A DNA stretch of 64,000 nucleotides from Candidatus Saccharimonadota bacterium (lineage in GTDB: Bacteria; Patescibacteriota; Saccharimonadia; Saccharimonadales; UBA4665): contig JAQBRT010000001.1 of NCBI GenBank assembly GCA_028286345.1, positions 566,567-630,566 of the forward strand, in the 5' to 3' direction. A program made the position numbers and the translations under genes. Position 1 is the first letter of the stretch. The number at the start of each line of letters is the position of its first letter. The notes under the pieces were generated by a model. It was not told where the DNA came from, did no database searches, and saw nothing but the letters and a program-made list of their open reading frames with translations. Shown here in pieces: positions 26,431-35,417 of this stretch.

Positions 26431-28518
26431 ATGGCAGACAAGAAAGTAACAATGGACAAGATCCGTAACCTCGGTATTATTGCGCACATCGATGCCGGTA
26501 AGACCACCACGACCGAAGGTATTCTTTACCGCACCGGTTTAAACCACAAGATTGGTGCCGTGCACGAAGGTGAAACCACTACCGACTGGATGGCCCAAGA
26601 ACGCGAACGCGGCATCACTATTGTCGCTGCATCTGTTACGTGTTTCTGGAAAGGTCACCAGATTAACATCATCGACACCCCAGGCCACATCGACTTTACT
26701 GCCGAAGTCGAACGTTCCCTGCGTGTCCTTGACGGTGCCTGCGTTGTCTTTGACGGTAAGATGGGCGTGGAATCACAGTCCGAGACCGTTTGGCGCCAGG
26801 CCGACAAGTACGGTACGCCTCGTATCTGCTTTATTAACAAGATCAACCAAACAGGCGGTGACTTTTACAAATCCCTCGAGAGCATTCACAATCGCTTGAG
26901 CAAGCGCGCGTTCCCAGTGCACCTGCCAATTGGTTTTGAGCAGAGCATCAACGGTATCGTTGACCTCGTTGCCATGAAAGCCTACACCTACAAAGAGTTT
27001 GCCGACCACGAAATGGTTGACGCCGAAATCCCTGCCGACATGCTCGACCAGGTTAAGAAGTACCGCTCATTGCTTGTTGAGAACGCTGTAGCCGAAGACG
27101 AAGCAATGCTCGAAAAATACTTTGAAGTTGGCGAAGAAGGCCTGTCCGAGGACGAAATCAAGCAAGCTATCCGTACTGCCACTCTGACCGGTAAGTTCTT
27201 TGTTGTCACCGGTGGTGACGGCCGTGGTGTGATGGTTGAAAAGGTCCTTGACCTTGTTAATGACTACCTGCCAGCACCAAACGACCGTGCCAATGTCTGG
27301 GGCGTCCACCCAAAGACTGGCGACGAAGTCGAGCGCAAGCACGACGCTAGCGAGCCATTCTCGGCACTGGCTTTTAAGATCACCAGCGACCCGTTTGTTG
27401 GTAAATTGGCGTACTTCCGTGTCTACTCCGGTAAGGTAACCGCTGGTTCATATGTCCTAAACAGCTCAACCGGCGAAAAAGAACGCGTCGGCCGTATTGT
27501 CCGCCTCCAGGCCGACAAGCGTGAAGACGTGACCGAAGTCGAAGCTGGTGATATCGCTGCCATCGTTGGCCTTAAGGGTACTACTACTGGTAATACGCTC
27601 TGTGACCCAGCCCACCCGATCATCCTTGAGAATATTACTTTCCCAGAGCCTCCAGTTAGCATTGCTATTGAGCCTAAGACCAAGGCCGACCAAGAAAAAA
27701 TGGCCATCGCATTGCAGCGCCTGGCTGAAGAAGACCCAACTTTTCGTGTCAAAGTTGACCCAGAAACCGGCCAGACAATCATCTCCGGTATGGGTGAGCT
27801 ACACCTCGAAATCCTGGTTGACCGTATGAAGCGCGAATTTAACGTCGAAGCTAACATCGGCCAGCCACAGGTTGCCTACCGCGAAACCATTCGTAAATCC
27901 GGTGTCGAAGTCCAAGGTAAGTTTGTCCGCCAATCTGGTGGTCGTGGCCAATATGGCGACGTTTGGCTCCGCCTGTCCCAGAACGAAGAGGGCGCTGGCT
28001 TTGAGTTTATCAACTCAATTAAGGGTGGTGTTGTTCCAAGTGAATACATCAAGCCGGTTGAGCAAGGTATTATCGAGGCTATGTCGACTGGCGTGCTTGC
28101 CGGCTACCCAGTTGTCGATGTTAAGGCCGAACTTTACGACGGCAGCTACCACGAAGTCGACTCCAACGAAATGGCCTTTAAAGTCGCCGGTTCTATGGCG
28201 CTTAAAGAAGGCGTTAGGCAAGCCGGCCCAGTATTGCTTGAACCTGTCATGAAAGTCGTCGTTGTTACTCCAGAAGAGAATATGGGTGACATTATTGGTG
28301 GCTTGAACGCCAAGCGTGGCCGCATCGAATCCATGGAAGATTTGTCCGGCAACGTTAAGGAAATCACCGCTTTTGTCCCGCTTGGTGAAATGTTTGGTTA
28401 CACTACCGATATCCGCTCAATGACCAAGGGCCGTGCCAGTTCAAGCATGGAACTTGACCACTACGCTGATGTCCCACCACACGTTACCGAAGCTATCATC
28501 GCCAAAAACGCTAAATAA
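26431..28518 (+). CDS. fusA: Elongation factor G
   Basis: AHIDAGKTTTTE, DTPGHIDF and NKINQ G-domain motifs. 695 aa. Confidence 0.97.
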   Translation: MADKKVTMDKIRNLGIIAHIDAGKTTTTEGILYRTGLNHKIGAVHEGETTTDWMAQERERGITIVAASVTCFWKGHQINIIDTPGHIDFTAEVERSLRVLDGACVVFDGKMGVESQSETVWRQADKYGTPRICFINKINQTGGDFYKSLESIHNRLSKRAFPVHLPIGFEQSINGIVDLVAMKAYTYKEFADHEMVDAEIPADMLDQVKKYRSLLVENAVAEDEAMLEKYFEVGEEGLSEDEIKQAIRTATLTGKFFVVTGGDGRGVMVEKVLDLVNDYLPAPNDRANVWGVHPKTGDEVERKHDASEPFSALAFKITSDPFVGKLAYFRVYSGKVTAGSYVLNSSTGEKERVGRIVRLQADKREDVTEVEAGDIAAIVGLKGTTTGNTLCDPAHPIILENITFPEPPVSIAIEPKTKADQEKMAIALQRLAEEDPTFRVKVDPETGQTIISGMGELHLEILVDRMKREFNVEANIGQPQVAYRETIRKSGVEVQGKFVRQSGGRGQYGDVWLRLSQNEEGAGFEFINSIKGGVVPSEYIKPVEQGIIEAMSTGVLAGYPVVDVKAELYDGSYHEVDSNEMAFKVAGSMALKEGVRQAGPVLLEPVMKVVVVTPEENMGDIIGGLNAKRGRIESMEDLSGNVKEITAFVPLGEMFGYTTDIRSMTKGRASSSMELDHYADVPPHVTEAIIAKNAK

Positions 28519-28527
28519 GTAACTCAT

Positions 28528-28782
28528 ATGGAAACAGAACCACGCCCCATAGTTAATAATACAGATCGAACGTGTCCAGTTAAGCTCCGCCGTGCTCATT
28601 CCACTGAGATAGGTCGTTTGTTGCATGATGGCGACCAAGATGTATTGTGTCCAGAGACGTGCGACGGTTGGACTCGAGAAACAACCAAAGTGCTTGGCGT
28701 AACCTTACCTGGATTTTTTGACCACATTGTATGTCAAGAACCGGTACCCGTGATTAATGTGCCAGTGCAGCCTGAAGGCTAG
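28528..28782 (+). CDS. Hypothetical 84-aa Cys-containing protein (insert 2a, fusA|tuf junction)
   Basis: Open frame starting 9 nt after the fusA stop, with four Cys including CPETC. Confidence 0.45.
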   Translation: METEPRPIVNNTDRTCPVKLRRAHSTEIGRLLHDGDQDVLCPETCDGWTRETTKVLGVTLPGFFDHIVCQEPVPVINVPVQPEG

Positions 28783-28784
28783 TC

Positions 28785-29246
28785 ATGACTGAACTGATCC
28801 GTCATCTAGAAGTGGTGCCAGACCCGCCGACAGATCCGACGGTAGTGGTCATAGAAACCCTGCTAGCACTTCGTCACACTGATCCCAGCCCCTACAAAGT
28901 AGAAAACACTCGTTTCGTAGGCTTGCTCGCTACAGGTCAAACTTGGCCGCAATTGAACGAGCTCAGCGATAACATCAACGATTTTGTGATGGAGCGACAC
29001 CCAGATAAGAGCGAGGACCGGTTTGACGCACGACGGGCAGCCTGGAATATTACTGGTGAATCCCTGAGCTGGCTAGGAACAGTGGCATTTAACTTTAATG
29101 ATGCCGAAACTGCAAAAAATGCCGTTTTGCAACTCCGGAATCTGGGCGGTCATCGTAATCGTAAGCGAGCTCGCCGCTTAAACGGGGCCATAAAACGTGC
29201 CGACCATTTTGGCCACGAAGCGCCTGTTTGGGGTACGAGCAACTAA
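28785..29246 (+). CDS. Hypothetical 153-aa protein with basic C-terminus (insert 2b)
   Basis: ATG 2 nt after the upstream stop, with a GAAGG RBS. C-terminal HRNRKRARRLNGAIKR patch. Confidence 0.5.
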   Translation: MTELIRHLEVVPDPPTDPTVVVIETLLALRHTDPSPYKVENTRFVGLLATGQTWPQLNELSDNINDFVMERHPDKSEDRFDARRAAWNITGESLSWLGTVAFNFNDAETAKNAVLQLRNLGGHRNRKRARRLNGAIKRADHFGHEAPVWGTSN

Positions 29247-29270
29247 CCTTTTAGAACCCGCGTCTAACTC

Positions 29271-29299
29271 TTTACAAACAGCGTACGATTCGGTAAGAT
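29271..29299 (+). promoter_or_regulatory. Candidate tuf promoter TTTACA-17 nt-TAAGAT
   Basis: The hexamers have canonical spacing and lie about 100 nt upstream of tuf. Confidence 0.45.
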
Positions 29300-29401
29300 A
29301 GTTCGGTAACTCATGCGAGTGTTTATATTCGTATGCTAGTAACTGGCAGCAACAACCCAAGTTATTAAACTATTAAAGTAATAAATCCAAGGAGATTACC
29401 T

Positions 29402-30586
<1,185 letters not shown>

Positions 30587-30608
30587 TCAACTCGATTACT
30601 TACAACAG

Positions 30609-30631
30609 CGCCCGGGAAACCGGGCGTTTTT
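30609..30631 (+). terminator. Rho-independent terminator after tuf
   Basis: CGCCCGG-gaaa-CCGGGCG followed by TTTTT. Confidence 0.85.
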
Positions 30632-30640
30632 GTTTGCGGT

Positions 30641-30646
30641 TATAAT
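30641..30646 (+). promoter_or_regulatory. -10 box TATAAT, 6 nt upstream of ATG 30653 (putative leaderless promoter)
   Basis: TATAAT at 30641-30646, spacer gtatat, then ATG. Confidence 0.4.
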
Positions 30647-30652
30647 GTATAT

Positions 30653-30892
30653 ATGTCTGAGAGATGTAACCCAGAGTGTGAATTTTATGTATTATGCGCT
30701 CTAAAAGCGCGATTCGACGAGGCCTATCCAGGAGCTATGGATTTGCACCTTGATGAGACGGCAGATCAGTTGGCACAGTTAGCAGAGGCGTGTCAGACAG
30801 AGCCGGGTGATGTGATGAATTGCAAGATACTTGCTCAACTTCAGCTTGCTATACGCTTCAAAAGCACTATCCCCGAACAGCCAACAGGCTAG
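30653..30892 (+). CDS. Hypothetical 79-aa Cys-rich protein (insert 3a, tuf|rpsJ junction)
   Basis: Open frame MSERCNPECEFYVLCALKA... with five Cys. Confidence 0.45.
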   Translation: MSERCNPECEFYVLCALKARFDEAYPGAMDLHLDETADQLAQLAEACQTEPGDVMNCKILAQLQLAIRFKSTIPEQPTG

Positions 30893-30919
30893 TTTAATGA
30901 TAAATCTCACATTTGCATT

Positions 30920-31369
30920 TTGGCCCATGACTGCTATTATTTTGGCAAGATGCCACATCACTTTGAGCTCATCCAAGGAGACAAAGATAACCCTGTCTAT
31001 AACCAGCAGGTCGATGTCTTCCTGGCCGAAAAAGACTCTTTTAATAACCAAGATAAAGAATTGGTCAGTGATTTTTCATGGGACTACACTGACCGTCTCG
31101 CTGAAGAACAATGGTTTGACCCGATGTATGCACCAGTTTGGGCAGTCGACCGCTGGGAGCAGGCATGGGATTTGGCCAATCAGGGCAAACAACTTTGTTT
31201 AGCCGGCATTGTACGGGTTATGGGTGGCACCTCTCCAATTTTATATACGCCGTACAGTGCCATGGGTTGGCGCGATTATGGCCACAGTCAGTACGAAACA
31301 GAAAGCCTTGACGCATATGTTCCTAAAACAGAACTTAAGCGCCGGGGCAAGCTGTACCTGGTTAGTTAG
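30920..31369 (+). CDS. Hypothetical Trp-rich protein (insert 3b, 139-149 aa)
   Basis: The track start is TTG at 30920; the first in-frame ATG is at 30950. Open frame with many Trp and Tyr residues. Confidence 0.5.
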   Translation: MAHDCYYFGKMPHHFELIQGDKDNPVYNQQVDVFLAEKDSFNNQDKELVSDFSWDYTDRLAEEQWFDPMYAPVWAVDRWEQAWDLANQGKQLCLAGIVRVMGGTSPILYTPYSAMGWRDYGHSQYETESLDAYVPKTELKRRGKLYLVS

Positions 31370-31421
31370 TCTTTTCTTTTGTAAAAGCTAGCGTATAATC
31401 CAAAATATAAGCGTAAGGGGT

Positions 31422-31640
31422 TTGTTTGTGGCCGAAGTCCTTGAAGAAGTTAGCCAGCCGCAAAGCGAAGCGGTGGCACGGTGGGAAGCACTAGTAAGTG
31501 AACTCAGCCCTACAGTTCTCCAGGAGTTCGTGCAGCTAGTCATCGCAGACTCCTATAGCGACGGCTTTACCGCCAAACTAGATGCCGCTCCAGTCAATGA
31601 GAAAATTGCCGAACAGACAAAGATACAGACCCAACAGTAA
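31422..31640 (+). CDS. Hypothetical 72-aa acidic protein (insert 3c)
   Basis: TATAAT at 31394-31399 and an AAGGGG RBS lie upstream. Non-ATG start (TTG/GTG). Confidence 0.4.
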   Translation: MFVAEVLEEVSQPQSEAVARWEALVSELSPTVLQEFVQLVIADSYSDGFTAKLDAAPVNEKIAEQTKIQTQQ

Positions 31641-31660
31641 CTGGCCACGTTGACTTTATG

Positions 31661-31669
31661 TGGTATAAT
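31661..31669 (+). promoter_or_regulatory. Extended -10 promoter TGgTATAAT for rpsJ
   Basis: TG at 31661-31662 and TATAAT at 31664-31669, about 85 nt upstream of the rpsJ ATG. Confidence 0.55.
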
Positions 31670-31753
31670 GTCATTACAAATTAATCGTACTGAGAACTCG
31701 TCCGGTCACTCATCACTCCGTGAAGAGGTTACAGTACAGTAAGGAACATCACT

Positions 31754-32083
31754 ATGGCAGACGCCAAAACTGAGGCTGTTAAGCAGCGTATCCGTATCCG
31801 CCTTAAGGCATATGACCACAAAGTAATCGACCAGGCTGCTAAGCAGATCGTGGACACTGCCTTGCGCACCGGTGCAACGCTGGCTGGCCCAATCCCACTA
31901 CCAACCCGCCGCAGTACCTTTACGGTCATTAAGAGCCCACACGTCTACAAAAAGGGCCGTGAACAATTCGAAATGCGCGTTCACAAGCGTCTGATCGATG
32001 TCTTTGAGCCAACGCCAAAGACCATCGACAGCCTGATGAACCTCAGCCTGCCCGCAGGTTGTGACGTCGAAATCAAAATGTAA
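31754..32083 (+). CDS. rpsJ: 30S ribosomal protein S10
   Basis: [48 protein letters not shown]. Confidence 0.97.
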   Translation: MADAKTEAVKQRIRIRLKAYDHKVIDQAAKQIVDTALRTGATLAGPIPLPTRRSTFTVIKSPHVYKKGREQFEMRVHKRLIDVFEPTPKTIDSLMNLSLPAGCDVEIKM

Positions 32084-32091
32084 CAAAAGGT

Positions 32092-32114
32092 ATGGCCCTC
32101 CGGGGCCATTTTTT
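32092..32114 (+). terminator. Rho-independent terminator immediately after rpsJ
   Basis: ATGGCCC-tccg-GGGCCAT followed by a T-run. The next ATG (32115) abuts the T-run. Confidence 0.75.
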
Positions 32115-32795
32115 ATGAGCGAGTTACAAAAGAGATATGCCGAACTCATGGCCCCAGCTTTTGTTGCGGGCTTAGATCAGCTTCAGCAAAGTTCGCCTGA
32201 AGGCCTTGAGCCGACGGTGCGCCTATATTTATGCCAACTCCCGATTCGCGCAGCTCTGGATGATATTGCCTGGGAAGAAGCAGGCCTACCAGACAATGCG
32301 CGTGTCAATAATATGGGTGAAATTGGCAATGATGCGGCTTCGCCCCGGGAGTATGCCAGGCGGCTACTGTCGTTTGCCTTTGATGATGCGCATAAAATCA
32401 TTAAATATGGTGCCGAGTATCTTGAGGAGCAGGGGATTGCAAACCAGGCTCAGATAAGTGAGCTGTTAATTAACGGCAAGCGCTCACTACTACAAGCGTC
32501 ACTATTGACCGATAAATCAAAAACTGACTTGTTTTTGCTGCTACAGTACCCGGAATTGAAAGGGTCAGCCGTGAATATACCAGACATACAGCAGCCTTTC
32601 CAGCTGGAAGGCAAAGGCGAATCGCAGCATTTGGCCTGGAGCCATGAAGTAGTTGATTGGATGCAGCCACGCCTCGGACCTGGTCAGGGTTGCCCAGCCT
32701 ATGGTATGCAGGTTGAATCTGCCAGCGGCGACCAGCGTCTGATATATTATTTCTGGGACACATTGGTGCAGGCTGCTTATTGTGTGCAGCAGTAG
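32115..32795 (+). CDS. Hypothetical 226-aa protein (insert 4a, rpsJ|rplC junction)
   Basis: Open frame MSELQKRYAELMAP.... The track's 32061 extension overlaps rpsJ and the terminator, so it is trimmed. Confidence 0.5.
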   Translation: MSELQKRYAELMAPAFVAGLDQLQQSSPEGLEPTVRLYLCQLPIRAALDDIAWEEAGLPDNARVNNMGEIGNDAASPREYARRLLSFAFDDAHKIIKYGAEYLEEQGIANQAQISELLINGKRSLLQASLLTDKSKTDLFLLLQYPELKGSAVNIPDIQQPFQLEGKGESQHLAWSHEVVDWMQPRLGPGQGCPAYGMQVESASGDQRLIYYFWDTLVQAAYCVQQ

Positions 32796-32796
32796 G

Positions 32797-32802
32797 TATA
32801 AT
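32797..32802 (+). promoter_or_regulatory. -10 box TATAAT, 6 nt upstream of ATG 32809 (putative leaderless promoter)
   Basis: TATAAT at 32797-32802, spacer ataagc, then ATG. Confidence 0.4.
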
Positions 32803-32808
32803 ATAAGC

Positions 32809-33270
32809 ATGAGTAGTACACCTAGCCCTGATTTTCGGCGGGGGATAGATCATATTGGTGCTGGCGTTAGTTTTGTTGTGCATGATGGGACAGGGCGCGT
32901 CTTGCTGCAAAAGCGCGGCGCCGGGGCCCGCGACGAGCAAGGTCTCTGGGATACTGGCGGCGGAGCGATTGAGTTTGGCGAAAGCTTTGAACAGACTCTT
33001 GCCCGCGAAATCCGCGAAGAGCTGTGCTGCGATATTATCCGGGCTGAGTTTTTGACTGTCTATGACGCCCACCGCCAGCATAATGGCAAGCCTACTCACT
33101 GGGTGCAAGTTATATATGCTGTGCAGGTAGACCCATTGGCAGTTAAGATTGGTGAGCCGCACAAAATTGATGAGCTCGGCTGGTTTAGGAGTTCTGGGCT
33201 GCCCCAGCCATTACACTCCCAGTTTCACAAATCTTATGACTTAGCCCTGGAAAGGGGAATCGTTTCCTAG
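32809..33270 (+). CDS. NUDIX hydrolase
   Basis: Nudix box GAIEFGESFEQTLAREIREELC, i.e. Gx5Ex7REUxEE with the final G replaced by C. Confidence 0.8.
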   Translation: MSSTPSPDFRRGIDHIGAGVSFVVHDGTGRVLLQKRGAGARDEQGLWDTGGGAIEFGESFEQTLAREIREELCCDIIRAEFLTVYDAHRQHNGKPTHWVQVIYAVQVDPLAVKIGEPHKIDELGWFRSSGLPQPLHSQFHKSYDLALERGIVS

Positions 33271-33313
33271 TTAAAGAGTTGCCGTCAGGAGGGAAGCGTG
33301 GTTCAATACGCTT

Positions 33314-33595
33314 ATGGCTAAAACAACAAAAAAACGCAAAAAGGCTGCTAAAAGTGCCGAGCTCGACAGCACCTATCTCTTAAAACTTATTCTTTATGTA
33401 ATCATCGGGTCGCAATGGCTGCGCTTAACAACAGGTGGCAATGGCCAAATACCAATTCCTATAGGATTGTTCATAGGCGTCTTTTTTGCCAGCCACGACC
33501 ACTTCCAAATCGACCGCAAAATCGAATATGCAGTGCTGCTAATGGCCATGCTGGTCGGTTTCTGGAGCCAAGTCGGCATTTTCGTAAATCTTTAG
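33314..33595 (+). CDS. Hypothetical small membrane protein (93 aa, insert 4c)
   Basis: Lys-rich N-terminus followed by about three hydrophobic helices. Confidence 0.5.
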   Translation: MAKTTKKRKKAAKSAELDSTYLLKLILYVIIGSQWLRLTTGGNGQIPIPIGLFIGVFFASHDHFQIDRKIEYAVLLMAMLVGFWSQVGIFVNL

Positions 33596-33775
33596 CTGTG
33601 TAGAATTTGCAACGCATTGACAGGAGTAACGATCTCATGTTACTCTGTTATGGTATCTAACAAAGACTTGTACTTGGTATCTGTCGTAGGTCCTCCCAAA
33701 AACAGGGGTGGAAACCACCAGTAACCAAGCATTTTTATGTCAAACTTTGGTACAGTAACGGACAAAAAGGTATAC

Positions 33776-34387
33776 ATGAAAGCACTTATTACTCGTAAAA
33801 TCGGTATGACAAGCACCATCGCTGAAGACGGTGCCACTCAGGCCGTAACCATTTTATCTGTTGCAGACCAAACTGTGCTGCAGCACAAAACCGTCGAAAA
33901 AGACGGCTACGTTGCCGTTCAGGTCGGAACCGAAACTGGTAAGAACCTATCTAAGAGCGTGATTGGCCATGTCAAGAACGCTAAGGTAATGCCAAAGATT
34001 ATTCGTGAATTCCGCATTACAGAAATACCAGAAGAATTAACCGTCGGCTCAAGTTACAAGGCCGACGTTTTTAGTGTTGGCGACGAAGTCCACGTTACGG
34101 GAACCAGCAAAGGTAAGGGTTGGGCCGGTACTATCCGCCGCCACAACTTCCACCGCGGCCGCAAAACCCATGGTGGCCAGAGCTACCGCCGCCCTGGTTC
34201 AATCGGCTCAATGTACCCACAACGTATCTTTAAAGGTACACGTATGGCCGGCCAGCTTGGCCATGACACGGTAACCACCCAGGGCCTCAAGGTCGCTATT
34301 GTTGACGCAGATAAAGGTATCATCGGTGTCACCGGTGCTGTACCTGGCCCAAACAAAGGCATTGTAATTATCAAGGGGGCTAAGTAA
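33776..34387 (+). CDS. rplC: 50S ribosomal protein L3
   Basis: MKALITRKIGMTS... N-terminus and GKGWAGTIRRHNF. The start is trimmed from 33737 to ATG 33776. Confidence 0.95.
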   Translation: MKALITRKIGMTSTIAEDGATQAVTILSVADQTVLQHKTVEKDGYVAVQVGTETGKNLSKSVIGHVKNAKVMPKIIREFRITEIPEELTVGSSYKADVFSVGDEVHVTGTSKGKGWAGTIRRHNFHRGRKTHGGQSYRRPGSIGSMYPQRIFKGTRMAGQLGHDTVTTQGLKVAIVDADKGIIGVTGAVPGPNKGIVIIKGAK

Positions 34388-35028
34388 TGGCTATTGCTAC
34401 ATATACAAAGACTGGCGCCAAGGCGACAGCTCCTGCCAAGCTCGACAAATCTGTCTTTGGCGTAGCCCCAGCAAACCAGACTTTGCTTAAAGAAGCTTAC
34501 GACGCCTACCTGGCTAACGGCCGTGGCAACTTCGCTGTTACCAAAACCCGTGGCCTCGTCAGCGGTGGTGGTAAAAAGCCTTGGAAGCAAAAAGGTACTG
34601 GCCGTGCACGTTTCGGCTCTAGCCGTAACCCAATTTGGCGCGGTGGTGGTATCGCTTTTGGTCCAACCGGCCTAGAGAACTACACCAAGCAAATGAACAC
34701 CAAGGCCAAGCGCCTGGCTATCCGCCAAGCCCTAAGCCTAGCAGCAGATGCTAACCGTGTTTCAGTTATCGAAGATATCGTTTCTAAAGAAGGTAAAACT
34801 TCTGAACTGGCTACATTGCTTGCAAAGGTAGAAGCTACCCGCAACATCCTAATCGTTGTTGAGAACAAGACCCCAGAACTCGTTCGTGCCAGCAATAACT
34901 TGCAGAACGTCAAGATCGTTTCTGCCCAGTACATTAATGTATTTGATGCCCTCAACGCCGACACTATCCTGTTCTCTGCAAAAGCCCTCGCTGCTACCAC
35001 CGAATGGCTTGCTAAGGAGACTAAATAA
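34387..35028 (+). CDS. rplD: 50S ribosomal protein L4
   Basis: KPWKQKGTGRARFGS signature and operon position. Confidence 0.96.
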   Translation: MAIATYTKTGAKATAPAKLDKSVFGVAPANQTLLKEAYDAYLANGRGNFAVTKTRGLVSGGGKKPWKQKGTGRARFGSSRNPIWRGGGIAFGPTGLENYTKQMNTKAKRLAIRQALSLAADANRVSVIEDIVSKEGKTSELATLLAKVEATRNILIVVENKTPELVRASNNLQNVKIVSAQYINVFDALNADTILFSAKALAATTEWLAKETK

Positions 35029-35417
35029 TGGGTAAGCACATTGTCCTCGAACCTCGTATGAACGAGAAGACCTACGGCCTTAGCGATAAAGGTGTCTACG
35101 TATTTAACATCGCCAATGATGTCAATAAGCACTCTGTTGCCCGCGCTGTTGAATCCCAGTTTGACGTTAAAGTTACCGCTGTTAACATCCTCAATGTTAA
35201 AGGCAAAGCTAAGCGTACTATCAGCCTGACCGGTAAACGCATGAAGAATGCCGAAGGCAAGCGCCCTGACACTAAAAAGGCTTACGTAACCCTCGCTGAA
35301 GGCAACCGTTTGCCAATATTTGCCGCCATCGAAGAGGCTGAGCAAAAAGAAGAAGCAACCCAGGCTAAAATCGACAAAGCTGCCGAAAAAGCTGCCAAGA
35401 AGGAAGGTAAGAAGTAA
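35028..35417 (+). CDS. rplW: 50S ribosomal protein L23 (with Glu/Lys/Ala-rich C-terminal tail)
   Basis: Position between rplD and rplB, the FDVKVTAVNILNVKGK core, and a tail EEAEQKEEATQAKIDKAAEKAAKKEGKK. Confidence 0.93.
   Translation: MGKHIVLEPRMNEKTYGLSDKGVYVFNIANDVNKHSVARAVESQFDVKVTAVNILNVKGKAKRTISLTGKRMKNAEGKRPDTKKAYVTLAEGNRLPIFAAIEEAEQKEEATQAKIDKAAEKAAKKEGKK

Noticed and set aside
31650-31655. TTGACT upstream of rpsJ as a -35 box.
   Set aside because: Only 8 nt separate it from the TATAAT, far from the 16-18 nt optimum. The promoter call rests on the extended -10 (TGgTATAAT) instead.
32470-33162. 230-aa - strand ORF spanning insert 4a and the Nudix gene.
   Set aside because: The + strand carries an intact Nudix box in this interval, and the - strand ORF has no start signals or recognisable motifs. 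It is treated as a shadow ORF, although insert 4a itself is unverified.
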